A stretch of DNA of 64,000 nt. It comes from Paraspadella gotoi. Taxonomy: Eukaryota > Animalia > Chaetognatha. The notes below the pieces were generated by a model. The model worked only from the letters and a program-made list of their open reading frames with translations. It was not told the DNA's origin and did no database searches. Of this stretch, positions 60,291 through 64,000 are shown piece after piece. Both the position numbers and the translations under genes were made by a program. Numbering within the stretch: the stretch's first letter is position 1; each line of letters starts with the position of its first letter. The stretch spans positions 10,515,832-10,579,831 of the forward strand of contig CM119264.1 in assembly GCA_051294375.1 (NCBI GenBank), written 5' to 3'.

Positions 60291-63200
60291 GTTAATAATA
60301 TTTATTAAAAAAATATTATTGGTAAAATTGTGTTAAAATTAGCTATCCGTTTTATAAACTATTGATTTTTTAAAAGTAGAACTACTTAAATACAGAGTAT
60401 TTAGAGGCAAAAAAAAAATCCACATTTACGTTCCTAATTTTTTAATGATACATGATAATAATAACACCCAAAAATTAAGGCTAATAGCATCTGTAGATGC
60501 TTCAGAATGGTTTATTCCCATTTTATTTTTTGTTTTACGTTGTTTCCGCTCTTGAATGCTGGCCCGATTTCTTTAACTTAGTATATGATGGAAATCATTG
60601 AGAAATCTATATTATCAATAAAATTTAATTACAATACTATGGCCACGAAACTCGCGCAATTTAAGATTTAAGAGTGTCCTCTTTTTTTTAACAGAGCTGG
60701 AAGACTAAAAAAAAGAAAACGTAGAGAAAAGAAAGACTCGCTGAGTCGAAACAAGACTGGCAGTGACAGCCTCAGTTTCTTCGCCCTCATTTTCCTTCAA
60801 CGGTTCACATTCCGTTTCACTTTTGGAATAAAAACAAGTGAACCGTATTCGCTCTAGATTTACTGCAGATGGTATTCACTGATTCTCTTATTATGTATTA
60901 ATCGAAACTCTCTCTCGGCTCTCCTTTTTCTCTTCTTTTTACCTCCACGTCTTTTGACTAAGCCGCGGACTTTCGTCATCATTCATCCAAAGAAAAGCTG
61001 AAGTATCGCCTGCGGTAAGTTTTGAAAGAATTTTTGTGGTATGCCTTGGTGAGCATTGTCGCCTTATACGTAGCGTTGACGAGAAATAGTGAATGGTGAA
61101 ATGGCGAAGTGGCGAAAGTGGGCCAAAGGGAAAAATGCGCGAAAAGCGCGAAAAAGGAAAAGTGAATCACGATCAGGGCCGAAAGGGCCAAAGCGAATTT
61201 ATTAACTGCAGCAGTAAAAATGTTTAAGGCGGTGCCGGATCGATTAATGTCAGAAGAAAACACTATGGTTTAAAATGTCAAATGTACGAAATGACGAGAG
61301 ACATGTAGAGTACAAAGAGACGCTGTTCGAGAGCTCATGAGAGAGCAGAGATGGCTCAGAGAGAGGAGATGATGAGATGAGAGAGACGACTTGTGAGAAA
61401 TGGCGAGCTATGAGAAGGAACTGGGGAGAGAGAGAAGAGAGAGCAGGAAAGACCCTCAGTATGAGAGAGAGAGAGAGATGCGTTTGGCGTTACGACCATA
61501 TGGGACGCTCGTCAAAGTTTCTACGTGTATAGCATTTTGGTGTAAGGAAAATATTTTGCTCGGCAAACTCGCGCCTTTAAAATTTAAAACTTTTGATTCG
61601 GCTTATCTTCGTCTTTTTTATCAATACACAACCTGAATAAAAAAAAAAACCTTCATTCCCGTACTCTCATTTTTCTAGTTCCATTACAATTCGCAAGATT
61701 AAAAACGACTGGTAAGAAGTAATAGTTAGAACGCCTGACGACGATGACAAGAACGACGGCGACGATCGCTGAAATACGATTAGCAATTCGACCGACGAAA
61801 AAAGACGCCATTCGACAGCCCGATGGCGAAAAATATAAATTACTATTATGCAGTTGCTAGAGTAACACGTGCCGAAAGGCATTCGGTTTTCGATCATTCC
61901 CACCCGATAAAACGAGTCAAAACAACTCTACGGGTCGGTATACTTCAAAACAGAGACTGCTGAATGAGAGTGAAAAACCGGCGAAAACAAAGGCTAAAAA
62001 AAAATCGCGCGCTCTAGATCTATACAAGAAGTACGCAGAGGACGCTCAGCCTGCCCTGTGACGAAAAGAAAATCCTTCAAAACAAAAAATTGTGTTAAGC
62101 TTTTTTTTAATTGCGTTTTAGTTACAAGCAGAAAACTCAAAGTTCTTGTCTTGCTTTCGTTCTACTCAAAACATCCTCTCAATCTGTTCTCTTTCCCATT
62201 TCGCGTCATCCGATTCATTGACATTTTAGACGCATAGTGATTAAAAATTGGACATGTTCTTGAGACTACTAGCTATCTAACGTTAGCATTTCCGCAGCAG
62301 CGCGTGCATTTTGATTTAAAAAAGTTACAATTTAACTTAAAAACAGAAACAAATATGAAGGAGAAAGCACAAAGAGTCAGAAAATAAAAAATCAGGGAAA
62401 TTGCTCTTAATAAAAAGTCAAGAAAGCGAGGCACGCCCGTACGATCATCAAGAGTTGCCATAGGCCACGCTTGATCGGTGATCCAGGAATGACATTGAGT
62501 CCTCCTTTCTATTTTCCTGAGACCTATTCGATGTTTCTGGCGTCTTGCCAAATATTTTCGCCCATTTTCGCCTAGTGAGAAAGCGAAATCTCCTTTATCT
62601 TTTTCTTGGTACACATATTCTTCGTGGTCCTATTTGTCATTATCTTTTCTATCTTTCTTGGAAATAACGCTATTTGGCAAAAAAAAACTTTGCTCCGTTC
62701 AACGGGCCTACGTTAAAGGCGACAATGCTTCACCAAAGGGCTACCACAAAATTCTTCAAAACTTAATACGCCAGGGCGATACCTCTACAGTCTATTTGTT
62801 GTAATGAACTGACTGAAAAGTTCCGTTGCGGCATGACTCAGGTCAACGAGCAGTCCGGTGGATATAGAAAGAGAACAAGGGCGAGATGGAGAGAGTACGG
62901 CATGCTCTCATGATGTTTGAACTCACATACTAAGAGAATCAAGTGAATACCATCTGGCAGTAAATCTAGGAGGGACGTATTCGACTCGCACGAGCTTGGT
63001 CACCATGTGTAGCTATTTGTTTGAATCATATTAAATTAAAAACTACTAATAATAGGTGATAACGAGATGTGAACGCGATTGGAAGTTAAAGAAATATACC
63101 TTTCGAGTGTGTGTCGTTACAAATAGAACTAGGTCATATTAAGTATTTAACTGAGCTGCTCGACGATCCCCGTTTCTCTCCGTCGACATGGCTTTCTCAC

Positions 63201-64000
63201 AGCTTGCATCCATCAACAAAAAAATATCCGAGCCGAGCCATCTTCTCTTTCTAATTATAGCTCTTTTTTTTCTACGTTTAGTTCTATTAGTCTATTTTAC
63301 GTCTCCTATGTTCGATGACACCAAAAAAAAAGAATGATACACGTTTTTACAATCCCTATCAAGCTGCACGGTTAAATTGGTCGCGAGTTATTCCGTGCTA
63401 CTATATCTCATCTCTTTGTCTCTACATCTCTACATCACTCTTTTATTTTCGATACATACATATGAGACGCATTTCTCATCGATCTCTTGTCGTCTCTCCT
63501 CCAATTCAACATAACTCTCTTCATCTCCTAAGTTCTCAATCTCATCTATTGCAAATCCGATGGCCAGCCATGTTCCAAGAGCGATAACAACCCCGAATAA
63601 TACACACACACACTAAAAATTGATGAACACTACATCCATTTCAATCTTGTCTACACGGTTTATCTGAGCCAGATTTCGCCTTGTATTTTGAATGCTTACA
63701 TAATTGGTATGTGGCGCCTGGTTATTAATTAGATAATATATATACTTCGATTCCATCCGAATAATCAAATTTTAGTGATTACGTCTTGTTATATATTGGC
63801 GTTTTTCACTCTAGTCGCATCTGCGCCCATTCGCCTAATATCGCCAGTGTCTGTTGGTAGTTAACGCTCGGTCGAGGTTACTTTTTTTAAGAAGAGGCAT
63901 CCTTGGTCTCCGCTAGTAGGTTTTAATTGAGAAGAGGGCCGGATCGGGCGCTTGCGAACTTCAGAGGGTGCCTTTTTCCCACGAGCACTTTGTATGTTTG

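Overview
Eukaryotic genomic DNA from an invertebrate animal (species not identifiable here), with compact AT-rich introns and N gaps. Four spliced genes were reconstructed by hand: a 21-finger C2H2 zinc-finger protein (+, 1402-7943), ANKZF1/Vms1 (+, 10151-13787), a full-length MICAL (+, 14682-24620) and an 11-exon orphan class A GPCR (-, 27462-47511). Introns carry many small mobile elements (HINE/DINE-1-like, tRNA-derived SINEs, MITEs). Main highlights: (1) a young non-coding 3.4-kb LTR element whose primer-binding site is complementary to its own LTR rather than to a tRNA, a Tf1-type self-priming signature; (2) a zinc-finger protein whose fingers nearly all carry the helix QKSDLxR, predicting (GCA)n/CAG-repeat binding; (3) a 293-nt retrozyme-like unit whose hammerhead ribozyme is complete only if the unit is circular or tandem; (4) GC-AG introns required in three consecutive genes. 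Much of 49.2-55 kb looks like error-rich gap-fill or false duplication. All gene models and alignments were made by eye, with no database searches.
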